Notes under the pieces: model-generated
The model's database searches: none
Told to the model about the DNA's origin: nothing
Seen by the model: the letters and a program-made list of their open reading frames with translations, nothing else
Program-made: the position numbers and the translations under genes
Virus record (IMG/VR): IMGVR_UViG_3300044706_000051
Span: 1,600 to 65,599 of that record
DNA from: a virus
Lineage: Duplodnaviria > Caudoviricetes
DNA: 64,000 bases
Strand: one strand, 5' to 3'
Shown: one piece after another, positions 50,623 through 60,711 of the stretch
Layout: every line of letters starts with the position of its first letter
How positions within the stretch are numbered: position 1 is the first letter of the stretch

Positions 50623-51264
50623 CTATTCGTGGCAGTTGATCTCTGAGAACCAATCCCCAAGTCCGACGTCGATGGGGAAGACGAAGTCGATGGTTTCGAG
50701 CTGGTGGACGTCCCTGATGGGCGCCGCCCACAGCTCCGAGAACACCCGGAGCTGGAAGATCTTGCGGAACTGCCGCTTGCCGAATTCGTCCAGGCGGTCG
50801 CCCGGGGTCATCTGGAGGAGCTGAGCGCTGAAAGGACGGATGTAGGGCGACGCCTGCCCACCGAGGCTGCCGTAGCGGCCGGGGAACGTCGCCCAGAACT
50901 GCCGCATGATCTGGCGGTCGTGCTGGTTGTTCCGGGCGTAGCTGGTCACCTGATAGGTGAGGTTCATGGCGACCGGCCACTCGGTGATGAGGATGCGCCC
51001 GGGAGCGGCATCGGCGGCCATGTCCGGCGGCCGGTAGCCCTGGACGGTCGGGCGCATCTGGCCGCCGCGCTGGGCACGGTCGAGCGCCTCGCCCACCCCG
51101 ATCAGGTCGATGACCATGAAGGGGTACTCCTGATCCCGCAGTTCCATCTCGGGGTGGCGGTACCAGACCCTGACCGGTTGGCCGGCGGGGTGCTTGGCAT
51201 CGGTGACGACGAACCCGCTCAGCTTGGACTTGAGAAGGTCATCCTCCTCATCGATCCACGGCAC
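50623..51264 (-). CDS. tail terminator/neck protein
   Basis: Position before sheath; YQVTSYAR...HDRQ. Confidence 0.55.
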   Translation of the reverse strand: MPWIDEEDDLLKSKLSGFVVTDAKHPAGQPVRVWYRHPEMELRDQEYPFMVIDLIGVGEALDRAQRGGQMRPTVQGYRPPDMAADAAPGRILITEWPVAMNLTYQVTSYARNNQHDRQIMRQFWATFPGRYGSLGGQASPYIRPFSAQLLQMTPGDRLDEFGKRQFRKIFQLRVFSELWAAPIRDVHQLETIDFVFPIDVGLGDWFSEINCHE

Positions 51265-51620
51265 TAGCCCTGCACCACCCGATCCACCAGGCGGTGGCTT
51301 AGATCGCCTTCCAGGCGCCTCTGGTGGCTGTTGAGGACCGTCCTGAGAAGAGGAGCCGGCGGTCGGCGGTCGGTGCCGTACTCGGTGTCGAAGGCGGCCT
51401 CCTCGTCCTCGTCCCCGGGCGGGAGGCCCATGTACGTCTCGCCCTGGTCGGCGAACACCCCGAGCTTGTTGGCATAGCGCTCCCAGGCGCCATGCGCTGC
51501 CTGGCGGGCCTCGTCGGCCAGCTCGGCAAGAACAGCCTCAGACTCCTCCCGAGCGATCTGCGTCAGCTCCTGGGTGGTTGGAGGCTGCCAGCCCTCGAAG
51601 GGGTTGTTCACGCGAAACAT
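51264..51620 (-). CDS. hypothetical neck-region protein
   Basis: 118 aa; EYGT...PP.P.LR motif as in head-tail completion proteins. Confidence 0.55.
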   Translation of the reverse strand: MFRVNNPFEGWQPPTTQELTQIAREESEAVLAELADEARQAAHGAWERYANKLGVFADQGETYMGLPPGDEDEEAAFDTEYGTDRRPPAPLLRTVLNSHQRRLEGDLSHRLVDRVVQG

Positions 51621-51683
51621 CGAGGGGCGGCCTCCGTCTGGGCAGTTGTGAGGCCGTCCAGCGTGGGCGGCCTGCTGCCGACC

Positions 51684-52115
51684 TTACTTCACCCAGAGGT
51701 CGAGATCAGTGCGAGGCCCTTGGCGGGTGGAACGCGGCCGGCGCTGAATTCCGCAGGCGAGGACGATATAAACCGCCACCACAACAAGGCTGGCGATGAC
51801 GAAGGCCGGTGTCCAGTGGCTCGCCGGCTTTTCACTAAGGCAGACGTCGTCCCCGAAGCAGCCGTGGGTCAGGAGCCCAAGAAGAGCGATCCAGCCGGCA
51901 TACAGCACGGTTGTGAAGGCAGCCACGACGAGAGCGGCCTTCTTCCCCCAGCGGTGCTTCCCGAGGAAATAGACGCCGAGGACCGGCGAGAAGATGATCG
52001 CCGGAATGACGAGGAGGCAGAACAGGAAGGCTGCGCCGCCGATGAAGAAATTCCCGACACCATCGATGGCTCGGTCCAGCCCTGTGTCCACTTTGAGCGG
52101 CTGCTGGGGGTACAT
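51684..52115 (-). CDS. multi-pass membrane protein (3-4 TM)
   Basis: Hydrophobic segments GAAFLFCLLVIPAIIF, AALVVAAFTTVLYAGWIALLGLL, AFVIASLVVVAVYIVL. Confidence 0.65.
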   Translation of the reverse strand: MYPQQPLKVDTGLDRAIDGVGNFFIGGAAFLFCLLVIPAIIFSPVLGVYFLGKHRWGKKAALVVAAFTTVLYAGWIALLGLLTHGCFGDDVCLSEKPASHWTPAFVIASLVVVAVYIVLACGIQRRPRSTRQGPRTDLDLWVK

Positions 52116-52372
52116 CGCATCGTCACTTCCATCTATGTCAAGCCCTTACCGGCTACTACTTGCATCTTACGCCTGCCGGCGCCGCCCCGGTAGCAGGACA
52201 AACAGGACGAATGTCCGATTTCGGCCACCGCTCAAGGACGAGCCGCCCGATGCCGACAACCTCGGGCATGGAGCACGATTCGGACTCAGGCTGGGTGACC
52301 TTCTACCGCACCTGGCACAAGGAGCTGGGCGCCTACGTCCTGACCCAGAAGAAGGACGGGAGCACCCGGACG

Positions 52373-52843
52373 CTACTGGAGGGCCGGCGGGAAGTGGGGC
52401 TGGTTGACCAGCTCTTCGTCGCCCAGCGCCGTCCCGTCCACACCCACCACGACCTCGAAGCGCTTCAAGCGGCCTGAGATCTGGAACCGCCGGACCTCGA
52501 AGTACCGGTCATCCCAGAGGAACCGGTCCTTCAGGTGGAGACGGGCGTCGTGAGGATCGGTCATGCCGGCGTCGGCGGCCATCTTGGTCCCGAACGTCAG
52601 ATGCGCCGTGCTGATGGCGTAGAAGCCCTCCTCCCGCGGCACCCGTCGGTCCTCGTCCCTGATGACCACCATGACCGGCAGGACGATGGGCGGCTTCCAG
52701 AGGGCCTCAGGGGACTCGTCGTAGATCGGGTGCTTGTAGCTGTTCTCGTAGTCGAATTCCCACCAGAGAATCGTGGTGCCGATGTAGCGCTGCCACCACT
52801 TGTACCCCTTCTCGATCTGGTGGATGTAGTCCTTGACCCGCAT
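52373..52843 (-). CDS. head-to-tail stopper/neck protein
   Basis: Position in neck cluster; HLKDRFLWDDRYFEV. Confidence 0.6.
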   Translation of the reverse strand: MRVKDYIHQIEKGYKWWQRYIGTTILWWEFDYENSYKHPIYDESPEALWKPPIVLPVMVVIRDEDRRVPREEGFYAISTAHLTFGTKMAADAGMTDPHDARLHLKDRFLWDDRYFEVRRFQISGRLKRFEVVVGVDGTALGDEELVNQPHFPPALQ

Positions 52844-53580
52844 CAGACACCCGGGTCAATCGGAGGATAAATCCGAACGGGCGTCGAGTAGTCGTCAAAC
52901 TCCTGCGGGAGATACAGCGGGACCAGCTTGTTGGTCGTGCGCGACACCCGGCGCAGGTCGAACATCTCGATGCGGAACGGCCCGATGTTGAGCGCCTGGG
53001 ACAGCTCCCGGTATTTCGAGTCCACCGAATTCAGCATGGACATGAGCTGGTTGAACTGCTGGCCGCCGGGGATGTGAATTCCCTCGGGCGTCGTGATATC
53101 GACCTGATGGGCGTGCTCGGCAATTTCCGCCCACAGGGCCTCCCGCACCGCCAGAAGGGCGATGGCGTACTCCTCCGAAGGCGAGAGGTTGTCAATGTCG
53201 AGCGCCGGGACCCGGCCCTTGGCATGTAGGTCGAAGGCGATCTCCACGAACTGGGCAATGTCGGCGGGGATGGCCCAGAGGCTCCCGACGCCGTCCACCA
53301 TGAGCGTGAGCCCGACCGTGACCGGGGCGCCCAGGGTGATGACGCCCTCCCGGGGCTCGATGACGTACTGACCGGGAGCGGCGGGCGGTGTCGGCGCCGG
53401 CACCAGGGTCGTGAGCGTGGTGCCGTCTGTCGTCCACACCGTGAGCGACCCCGGATCGACGTTGTCAGAGGGCAGGTCGAAGCGCTCCGACACACCATCG
53501 CCCGGCACCCGGGCCTCGAAGCTCTCGCCGAAATCCCGGGTGATCAAATTGGTCTTGGCGATGATGCTGTCAAGTGACAT
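52843..53580 (-). CDS. head-tail adaptor-like protein
   Basis: Position; DITTPEGIHIP..QQF, LRRVSRTTNKLVP.Y.PQE.DD. Confidence 0.6.
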   Translation of the reverse strand: MSLDSIIAKTNLITRDFGESFEARVPGDGVSERFDLPSDNVDPGSLTVWTTDGTTLTTLVPAPTPPAAPGQYVIEPREGVITLGAPVTVGLTLMVDGVGSLWAIPADIAQFVEIAFDLHAKGRVPALDIDNLSPSEEYAIALLAVREALWAEIAEHAHQVDITTPEGIHIPGGQQFNQLMSMLNSVDSKYRELSQALNIGPFRIEMFDLRRVSRTTNKLVPLYLPQEFDDYSTPVRIYPPIDPGV

Positions 53581-56305
53581 CGCGCAGCTCCTCCGTCCTC
53601 CTCATGCTACGGCCTTCATCGAGGGTCATTTCCTGAGCTGGCGTGACTGACGCCCGCCGAGCGGTGTCGGTCATCGTCGTGGCGCCGACGGCAGCGAGCT
53701 GGCGGTTCTGGGCGACCATTTCTTCGAGGGGTGTAACCGTGGCCCGGCGGGTCGTGTCGGAAATGGGGACGGCCCCGACCGTGGTCGGTGTCGGCCCCAG
53801 CGGCCGGTAGTAGCGCCCGAGGTAGACGACGAACACCAGGCCGTAGCCCTCGACGGAAACGGCGATCCCGAAGTAGCCCTGGTACCGGTAATCGGCCCGG
53901 CCGACGGCCACGGCGGCCAGGAGCCGGGCGAGCTGGAGCTGACGGTTGACGTCGGCCACCCCGGTCCCAGTGACAGCGACCCACCGGCCCGGGGTCAAGG
54001 TCCGGTTCACCTGGCCGACACCCGTCGTCTGCACCCAGAGGTGGAAGTAGATAGCCGGGGCAACGGTGACCTGGCCGACACCGACCGCCGCAGCCCGCCT
54101 GCTGGCCGACACGACCCGCCCCATCTGAGGGTGGCCTGTCGCTACCGTTGCCACCTGGCGCATGCCGGTCAGGCTCCGCGCGATGGCGGCTATGCCGGTT
54201 GCCCAGGCCGCTACCGCCTGGGTCACCGTCTTGCGTTCGACCATGGCCGCCTGGCCGACGGCGGCCACGGCCTGGCTGAGCGAGAACCGCCGGGTAATGG
54301 CCGCCGTCCCCGTCCCGCTCGCCGTCAGGCTGCGGTAACGGGTTACGGACCGGGAGGCGGCGACCGAGCCCGTTCCTACCACGGCGACCGAGCGCAGTTG
54401 TGTTACGGAACGGGCCAGGGTGGCGGTGCCGGTCCCAGTAGCAGTGTAGGACCGCCGCAGGGAACGGTGAGCGGACACGGCGACAGAACTGGCTCCCACC
54501 ACGGCAGCCACGACGCCGTGCCAGCGCGCCTGGCTGTCGGCCACAACACCGACGCCCAGGGTGGCAATGGAGCGACGGTAGGAGGCGAGGCGCGACGAAG
54601 CGGCGGTGCCGGTACCTATGACCGCCTCGGAGTGACCGATGAGGATCTGACGGCTGACGACGAGAATGCCTGTGGCCGCGGCGATGACGGCTATCGTCAG
54701 AACGCTCTGGACCGCCACCGCCCCCACACCGGTCACGGCCACCGTGCGGCCGGCGGTCACGCTAGGGACAACGTCGGTCGAGCCCACCCCGGTGACGGCG
54801 ACGCTACGGCCGAAGAACGACTGCCAGTTCGCCGCCGTACTGCCTGTCCCCGCTACTGCGAACGCTCGCATTATGGACAAGGTCTGGGTGGCAGCCACCG
54901 CCCCCACACCGGTCACGGAGCCGGCCCGGAGGAAGAAGCGAATCTGGATGCTCACCGCTTGGCCGGTACCGGTAGCGGCCACCAGCCGCAGGAAGAGCCG
55001 GCCCTGTGTACTTGTAGGCACGCCGACCCCGGTCACCGCCAAGGAGCGGTAGAAGGCGAGCTGCTGGCTGATGGCCGGGACACCGAGTCCACTGACCGCC
55101 GCAGCCCGCACGAAGGAGCGGAGCTGGGCTACAGCAACGACGCCGACGCCGGACACCGCCTGGGACCGGAGTCGCGTCGTCACTGTGCTGGCGGCCAGAA
55201 CGCCCAGGCCCGTCACGGCGACCGCCCGGCCGGCGGTGACCTTGCGGGAGGCACCTGCTGTGCCGACGCCACTCACGGCATAGGCCCTGTACCGAGTGCT
55301 CTTGGTCGAACTGGCCGGCGTCCCGGTACCGATCACGGCATAGGCCCTGGAGTAGGCCACCGTCCGGGTGGTGCTGGCCGAGCCCGTTCCGGTTACAGCC
55401 GCCCCCCGGAGGAAGAACTTGACGGCCGTCGCTCCAGCGACCCCTGTACCGCTCACAGCGGCCTGGCGGCTGTAGAGCGCCTGTCGGGCCACGGCCGGCG
55501 ATCCGACCCCGGAGACAGCCACAGAGCGGGCTCTGGAGACGATCCGCGAGTAGGCGGGGGAGCCGGCCCCGGTAACGGCGAACGGCCGGCCGAGGAAGAG
55601 CTGGCGGGCCAGAGCCGGGCTACCGACACCGCTCACGGCGAAGGACCGCAGGAGAATCTTGTTCTGAACGGCGGTGACCTGGCCGACCCCGGAAACAGCT
55701 CCAGTTCGAGCGGCTGTGACTTGCCGGGCCGCCACCGCCTGCCCGATTCCGCTGACCGAAGCCGACCGGCTGAAAACTAGTTTTCTGCTCGTTGCCGCCG
55801 AACTGGTCCCGGTGACCGCCTGGGACCGCAACAGCAGGAGTTGACGGCTCATCGCTGACGACCCGACGGACGTCACCGCCACCGTTCGGCCGTAAACCTT
55901 GGCCGAGGTCTGAGCGACCGACCCGATGCCGGTCACGGCAGCGGCCCGGCTGTACAGGGTGATCCGACTCGCTGCGACGGTACCGACACCTGAAGTAGCC
56001 GTCGCTCGACCGAAGGACTTCACCGCCGCTTGAGCGGCCACGCCGACACCGATCACGGCAAATGACCGGCTGTAGCCGACGAGCCGGCTGGAAGCGGCAG
56101 TTCCGACACCTGAGACGCTCGCCGAGCGACCATAGACTTTGGCTTCGGTCGAGGCGACCGAGCTGACAGCGGTCGCGTTGTAACTCCGGGCAAGCGTCTG
56201 CTTAGCCGTGATCGCTACCGAGCCGACACCTGTGACAGCAACGCTCTGGGAATAGTGCTGGGCGCCGCCCCACCCCATCTCGAAGCGGGTGAGAGCCGCT
56301 CCCAT
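53570..56305 (-). CDS. 911-aa repetitive Ala/Val/Gly/Ser/Thr-rich virion protein
   Basis: Dozens of ~23-aa repeats R(S/A).AV(T/S)G(V/T)G. Confidence 0.75.
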   Translation of the reverse strand: MGAALTRFEMGWGGAQHYSQSVAVTGVGSVAITAKQTLARSYNATAVSSVASTEAKVYGRSASVSGVGTAASSRLVGYSRSFAVIGVGVAAQAAVKSFGRATATSGVGTVAASRITLYSRAAAVTGIGSVAQTSAKVYGRTVAVTSVGSSAMSRQLLLLRSQAVTGTSSAATSRKLVFSRSASVSGIGQAVAARQVTAARTGAVSGVGQVTAVQNKILLRSFAVSGVGSPALARQLFLGRPFAVTGAGSPAYSRIVSRARSVAVSGVGSPAVARQALYSRQAAVSGTGVAGATAVKFFLRGAAVTGTGSASTTRTVAYSRAYAVIGTGTPASSTKSTRYRAYAVSGVGTAGASRKVTAGRAVAVTGLGVLAASTVTTRLRSQAVSGVGVVAVAQLRSFVRAAAVSGLGVPAISQQLAFYRSLAVTGVGVPTSTQGRLFLRLVAATGTGQAVSIQIRFFLRAGSVTGVGAVAATQTLSIMRAFAVAGTGSTAANWQSFFGRSVAVTGVGSTDVVPSVTAGRTVAVTGVGAVAVQSVLTIAVIAAATGILVVSRQILIGHSEAVIGTGTAASSRLASYRRSIATLGVGVVADSQARWHGVVAAVVGASSVAVSAHRSLRRSYTATGTGTATLARSVTQLRSVAVVGTGSVAASRSVTRYRSLTASGTGTAAITRRFSLSQAVAAVGQAAMVERKTVTQAVAAWATGIAAIARSLTGMRQVATVATGHPQMGRVVSASRRAAAVGVGQVTVAPAIYFHLWVQTTGVGQVNRTLTPGRWVAVTGTGVADVNRQLQLARLLAAVAVGRADYRYQGYFGIAVSVEGYGLVFVVYLGRYYRPLGPTPTTVGAVPISDTTRRATVTPLEEMVAQNRQLAAVGATTMTDTARRASVTPAQEMTLDEGRSMRRTEELRDVT

Positions 56306-57424
56306 TTACGGCGTTTCCTCAGTCCACTCCGCCGCGATTGTCCACGTCGCCGTGGGTGAAGTTCCGCCAAGCGTCTGGATGAAGGCGAGGTGGATCTCCT
56401 CGCCCGTTCCCCGAATCGTCGGGCATTTCGCCGGATGTCCTGACCAGTCCCATGACCACGAGAACGTGCCTACTGCAATAGCAGCCCGGAACAGGCGAAT
56501 CACGGCTGTCGAGACACCACCACCAGACGGCGCCGCCGTGTAGTGGACGGGCGCGCCCGTCGCCGCCGGATCGTTGGTGTCGAGCGGGCCACTCGATAGT
56601 GGCGTCCCCGTCGTTCCGCCTGTCGAAGCTGACGCCTTCCGTAGTACGACAGGGAAGAACCCGGTCGGAGCCGTGCCGCCGATTACCACAGCGACATCAA
56701 GGTGAGTGAGCTTGACTACTTTCGACGCCGAGCCGAGGAGGCGCCAGACAGCGACGCCGCCGGTCAGCGCTGAGGCGAAACCGCCACCGGAGATATGGCC
56801 GGCGCCATAGGTCGCCTTGATGCCATCCACTGGCATGGTCAGCGCGATGGGGTTTGGCTCAATGAGGAATGGCCCCGGCGTGATGCGGATGGCCGCCGTG
56901 CCCGAGGTGAAGGCCGAGCAGCGCACCCGGAAGTGCGTGACGCCGGCCAGGCCGACGATCCAGATGCGCTGGTACAGGGCGGTGATCGTGTAGACGACCT
57001 GATAATCCTGGCCGGTACCGTCCTCGCGACCTGCCGCCACGGTGTAGTAGGTCGTTCCCCCGTCGTCTGATGCCTCGAAGACGAGTGTTCCGACAAAGGC
57101 CGCCGTGTTGATCGTGACCGTGGCGTTACCTGCTGACGCCACCGCCGCCACACACATGGCGGTGGTGCTCGCGGTCCCCGACACGTTGGTGGCCGACGCC
57201 GAGATCGTCTGGGCGGCCGTTGTGAAGGCGGCGCCCGAGCCGGCGATGTTGACATCGAGGCCGTTCTTCGAGCCGAGGACTGTTGCCGTTGTGACGTTGC
57301 CTTCAGCGCCGGCCACAGACCCGACTTCTTGGTGTACCGAGGCGGGCATCGACGCCCCGCCGGTCTGTGTCCGAAGGGCCTTTCCTGTCCCGTCAGCCGG
57401 GAGAACGATGGTCCCTTCAGCCAC
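56306..57424 (-). CDS. virion structural protein
   Basis: Beta-rich 372-aa ORF in head-accessory cluster; GTLVFEAS.DG.TYY, G...FRVR. Confidence 0.65.
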   Translation of the reverse strand: MAEGTIVLPADGTGKALRTQTGGASMPASVHQEVGSVAGAEGNVTTATVLGSKNGLDVNIAGSGAAFTTAAQTISASATNVSGTASTTAMCVAAVASAGNATVTINTAAFVGTLVFEASDDGGTTYYTVAAGREDGTGQDYQVVYTITALYQRIWIVGLAGVTHFRVRCSAFTSGTAAIRITPGPFLIEPNPIALTMPVDGIKATYGAGHISGGGFASALTGGVAVWRLLGSASKVVKLTHLDVAVVIGGTAPTGFFPVVLRKASASTGGTTGTPLSSGPLDTNDPAATGAPVHYTAAPSGGGVSTAVIRLFRAAIAVGTFSWSWDWSGHPAKCPTIRGTGEEIHLAFIQTLGGTSPTATWTIAAEWTEETP

Positions 57425-57427
57425 GGC

Positions 57428-57592
57428 TTAGGGTGACTCAGTCCTCAGGGTAAGTGTCGCCGCCCAGTCAGCGTGGGTCTGCCAGTCGCCGTTGGGCACA
57501 ACGCAGGCGCACGCCGCACAAGTGGTGATCTCCCACGTCTCGCCGTTAGCAAGTTGTAGGACGTAGCGCGTTCCGGGTTCGTGCTCGCTCAT
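57428..57592 (-). CDS. 54-aa hypothetical protein (CxxC...H..W), not in ORF track
   Basis: MSEHEPGTRYVLQLANGETWEITTCAACACVVPNGDWQTHADWAATLTLRTESP fills the gap. Confidence 0.6.
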   Translation of the reverse strand: MSEHEPGTRYVLQLANGETWEITTCAACACVVPNGDWQTHADWAATLTLRTESP

Positions 57593-57597
57593 AAGCC

Positions 57598-57990
57598 TCA
57601 CGTCTGGGTGAAGTCGATGGTGAATTGAATTTGGTCGCCTGACTGAAGAGCGATGCCGGTGAAGACAGCCCGGATCAGCATGGTCCCACCGGCAGCAAGC
57701 TGGTCGAAGAGGCCGACCTCGGCGATGGTCTGGCCGCTAGCCGAGGTCAGGGTGCCGATGACGCGGTGCAGCGCCGCCGAGGGTGACGTGATAGCTCCCG
57801 CCACCCGGGCCTCGGCCGAAGGCGTGATGAGCGCCGTCTGCGCCGCCGATTCCGCCGTGGTCCCCGTCCCCCAGGCGATGTACTTCATCTGATCGTTAGG
57901 CGATGCCTGAGCGGTACCGGCGGCAGCGCCGCCGGTCGCTCTCATCTTGTCAACGATCCACTGCTTCCCTGTGGTGGTAAGCACCGCCAT
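57598..57990 (-). CDS. virion structural protein
   Basis: LTTTGK, YIAWGTGTTA, TIAEVGLF, GDQIQFT. Confidence 0.7.
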   Translation of the reverse strand: MAVLTTTGKQWIVDKMRATGGAAAGTAQASPNDQMKYIAWGTGTTAESAAQTALITPSAEARVAGAITSPSAALHRVIGTLTSASGQTIAEVGLFDQLAAGGTMLIRAVFTGIALQSGDQIQFTIDFTQT

Positions 57991-57993
57991 CGG

Positions 57994-58269
57994 TTATCCC
58001 TCGGTGTCCTTGGTGGCAGCCTCGGCCGTCGCCCGGTCGTTCTCCTCCGACCGCTGGGCGTGGAGGGCGTTGACCTCTTCCAACGACATGGGGCCGCCGA
58101 CCGCCGCTTCAGGATGTGCGTCCCGCAGCTCCTTGATGAGCTTCTCCATCTGAGCGGCCTGCGTCTTGGTGGCCGAGATCACACCCAGGCTCTCCTCGGT
58201 CCCATCGGCCCGGATGACCTTGGCCGAGATGGTGGCGTGCAGCTCGCCCCTGGCCGAATGCTCAGCCAT
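57994..58269 (-). CDS. hypothetical protein
   Basis: 91 aa, GGAGG RBS. Confidence 0.65.
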   Translation of the reverse strand: MAEHSARGELHATISAKVIRADGTEESLGVISATKTQAAQMEKLIKELRDAHPEAAVGGPMSLEEVNALHAQRSEENDRATAEAATKDTEG

Positions 58270-58280
58270 ACCTCCCCTTC

Positions 58281-58640
58281 CTAGTGCCAGACGTACCCCA
58301 GTTCCTCAAGGTGGTCGGCGACCAGCGCCGGCACCCGGTACTGCTTTCCCTCCTCGAACGTGTAGTTGTTCCCGGCGCCGAACGTCATATTCTCGATGGT
58401 CGTGTTGATGCGGATGACCCGGGCCGGCGCCTCGACGTAGACCACCTCGCCCTGCTCGTTCAGCTCGGTGGCCTGACGGTTCCCTGCGACGTCGTGAACG
58501 CTGTCGTCCAGTTCGGCCTGGGCCGCCTGTGACATGGCGATCTGGTCTTCCCGGGCACGTACGACCTCGGCGTGTTGCTCGGCCAGCTTCTGTCTCTGGC
58601 GACCGGTGTAATCCGCCGGCCGCACTCGCTGATTCGCCAA
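58281..58640 (-). CDS. hypothetical protein downstream of capsid
   Basis: 119 aa; MTFGAGNNYTFEEGKQYRVP...HLEELGY. Confidence 0.7.
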   Translation of the reverse strand: MANQRVRPADYTGRQRQKLAEQHAEVVRAREDQIAMSQAAQAELDDSVHDVAGNRQATELNEQGEVVYVEAPARVIRINTTIENMTFGAGNNYTFEEGKQYRVPALVADHLEELGYVWH

Positions 58641-58673
58641 TTTATTCTCCTATTTCAGGCTCGAGGATTTTAG

Positions 58674-59720
58674 CTAGTTCGTCTCGATCCGAACGACGGC
58701 GTTATCGGTAATAAGCCCGAATCCCCATATTGCGTACCAAGCCAACGCATGTTCCCGACCGAAGTCGAGGATGCCGCCGTCACGCAGCTCCACCGGCAGG
58801 GAGATGGCATGCCCGAAAGCGTTATCCCCAATGACGATGGCGGTGTAACGGTTGGCCGCGCCGTTGCCGGTCGGCGGCGTGCCGGTGTCGGCGGTGTAGC
58901 CGGTACCAGCACCACCGGTCACCGTCTGCACCTGGGTGGTTTCGATGAATACGACGTCGAAAAGACGGCCGATTTCACCGAGCATAAAATTGCCAGGGGC
59001 CGCGTACTTACTGACCTCAATGAACTCGGGGTTATCCCGAAGACGACGGCTCTGGTGCGGGTGAATAAAGGCAACATACGTCTCGCCGAGACGAGGCACA
59101 TTCTTGGTCGCCAGTGTCTCGACGGCGTCCTTGATGGCCGCCATCGTCAGGTAGAACCCGCCGGTCATGGTGGCCCGGCTCGTCGCCACCGTGCCCTGGT
59201 CGTACGGGCTCATGTTGCTGATCGTGCCGGCGGCGTTCGTCCCGATGCCGGGGATTGCGTAGCCGAAGAGCACCGACGTCCCCGTCATCAGCGTGTTGCG
59301 GGCTGAGGCGTCGAGGTACAGGGCCATGTTGCGGCCCAGCAGCCGGCTGGCCGAGGCCATCACGTCATCGAACGAGGCGTTCAGCAGCAGCTCGGTGACG
59401 GCGACGGCGTAGCCGTGCTCGGCCACCGTGATCTGGAATTGGCTGGCCGAGAGCGCCCGCGTTTCCATGCGGACACCTTCAACGAGCTGTGACGCATCGC
59501 CAAGGTTGTTGTACCGCATGAAGTTCACGGTGAGCCCCGGCATAACCCCGAGTTCCGTCTTCTTCACGGCGAATTGCTCGAACCGCAGGATCGGCATGGC
59601 CTGGAACAGGATTTCCTTGCTCCAGATCGTCTGGATCGCCTGCGTGAGCTGAGTGTTCGTCCCGGCATACCCGGTGGGGCTGCCGCTCAGGACGCCGGTT
59701 CCGGTAATGCCGGACGCCAT
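58674..59720 (-). CDS. major capsid protein (N4-gp56 family)
   Basis: LRFEQFAVKKTEL...PG.TVNFMRY, L.EG, EHG, YVAFIHP, GEIGRLFDVVFIET, D.GR...AWY. Confidence 0.92.
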   Translation of the reverse strand: MASGITGTGVLSGSPTGYAGTNTQLTQAIQTIWSKEILFQAMPILRFEQFAVKKTELGVMPGLTVNFMRYNNLGDASQLVEGVRMETRALSASQFQITVAEHGYAVAVTELLLNASFDDVMASASRLLGRNMALYLDASARNTLMTGTSVLFGYAIPGIGTNAAGTISNMSPYDQGTVATSRATMTGGFYLTMAAIKDAVETLATKNVPRLGETYVAFIHPHQSRRLRDNPEFIEVSKYAAPGNFMLGEIGRLFDVVFIETTQVQTVTGGAGTGYTADTGTPPTGNGAANRYTAIVIGDNAFGHAISLPVELRDGGILDFGREHALAWYAIWGFGLITDNAVVRIETN

Positions 59721-59856
59721 TTATTCCCTCCTCATCGAGAACAACGAATTTGACGACGACGTGCTCCTGCAATGCCACCGAGTCGTCTACCGAATTACGT
59801 TCCCGAAGAGTGCGCCGACTGATTTACCGGTTAACCGCGCATATTAGTCAGGCCAG

Positions 59857-60678
59857 CTAGCCCCCGTAGGGACCGCGCTCCCTGACCCGCTGGGAAACGG
59901 CCGTCATCAGCCGGTCCCGGTTTTTCGCATAGGTCGAGATGTCCATGTTCTTCAGGTCATCGACGGAGAGCTGCTGGAATTCCGGCTGGCTCTCCAGGGG
60001 ACCGACCGGCGGGGCGGTCGGGGTGGTGCCGCGCTGCTGCTGGCGGGCCACCTGCTGGCTGGCGGTGATCTGCTCCAGGATGCGCTGGGTACGGTCCTGG
60101 AGGGCCTGGATCGACGCCTCGATTTCCTGCTCGGAATTCCCGAGCACGACCATGTCCCGCAGCTCGGGCATGATCGAGTCGGCCTCTTCCTCCAGCCGGC
60201 GCTGACGGTACGACACCAGCTCGTTGTACCGCCGCTCCTTCGCCAGCAGCTCCTGGTCGCGCTGGCGCTCCTCCTCGATGGAGCGGAAGCGGGACTCCCA
60301 CTCCTGCTCCTTCTGCTCCAGGAGCTGGCGCAGCTCCATCTCCTGCTCGGCCTTGCGCCGGGCCTCCTCCTCGGCCTTGGCCGCCTCGGCCTCCTGGCGC
60401 TTGCGGACCTCCTCCTCGGCCTTGGCCCGCTTCTCCCGCTCGGCCCGCATGGCCTTCAGTTCTTCCTCCATGGTCTGGAGGCGGCCGTACAGCTTGTCCT
60501 TCTCCTCCCGCCGGGCCTTCTCGATGTCTTCGGTAGTGAAGGTCTTGCCGGCGCTGTCGCCGTTCTGAGAGCCCTCTGGGGCCTTCTCAGCCGGCTTCTC
60601 CAGCTTCCCCTCGATGACCAGCGTGTCGCCGGCCGGGGGATCCTGCGGCTGCTGTGCGTCGTCCTTTTCAGGCGGCAT
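59857..60678 (-). CDS. capsid scaffolding protein
   Basis: Charged coiled coil between portal and capsid; FTTEDIEKARREEKDKLY. Confidence 0.85.
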   Translation of the reverse strand: MPPEKDDAQQPQDPPAGDTLVIEGKLEKPAEKAPEGSQNGDSAGKTFTTEDIEKARREEKDKLYGRLQTMEEELKAMRAEREKRAKAEEEVRKRQEAEAAKAEEEARRKAEQEMELRQLLEQKEQEWESRFRSIEEERQRDQELLAKERRYNELVSYRQRRLEEEADSIMPELRDMVVLGNSEQEIEASIQALQDRTQRILEQITASQQVARQQQRGTTPTAPPVGPLESQPEFQQLSVDDLKNMDISTYAKNRDRLMTAVSQRVRERGPYGG

Positions 60679-60711
60679 GGCTCTCCTTGTAGACCGTCAA
60701 AGTTCTCCGAG

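Noticed and set aside
52113-52141. Fourth copy of the repeated promoter
   Set aside because: Shares the TTCCATCTA 9-mer but has no TA(T/C)AGT at 17-nt spacing
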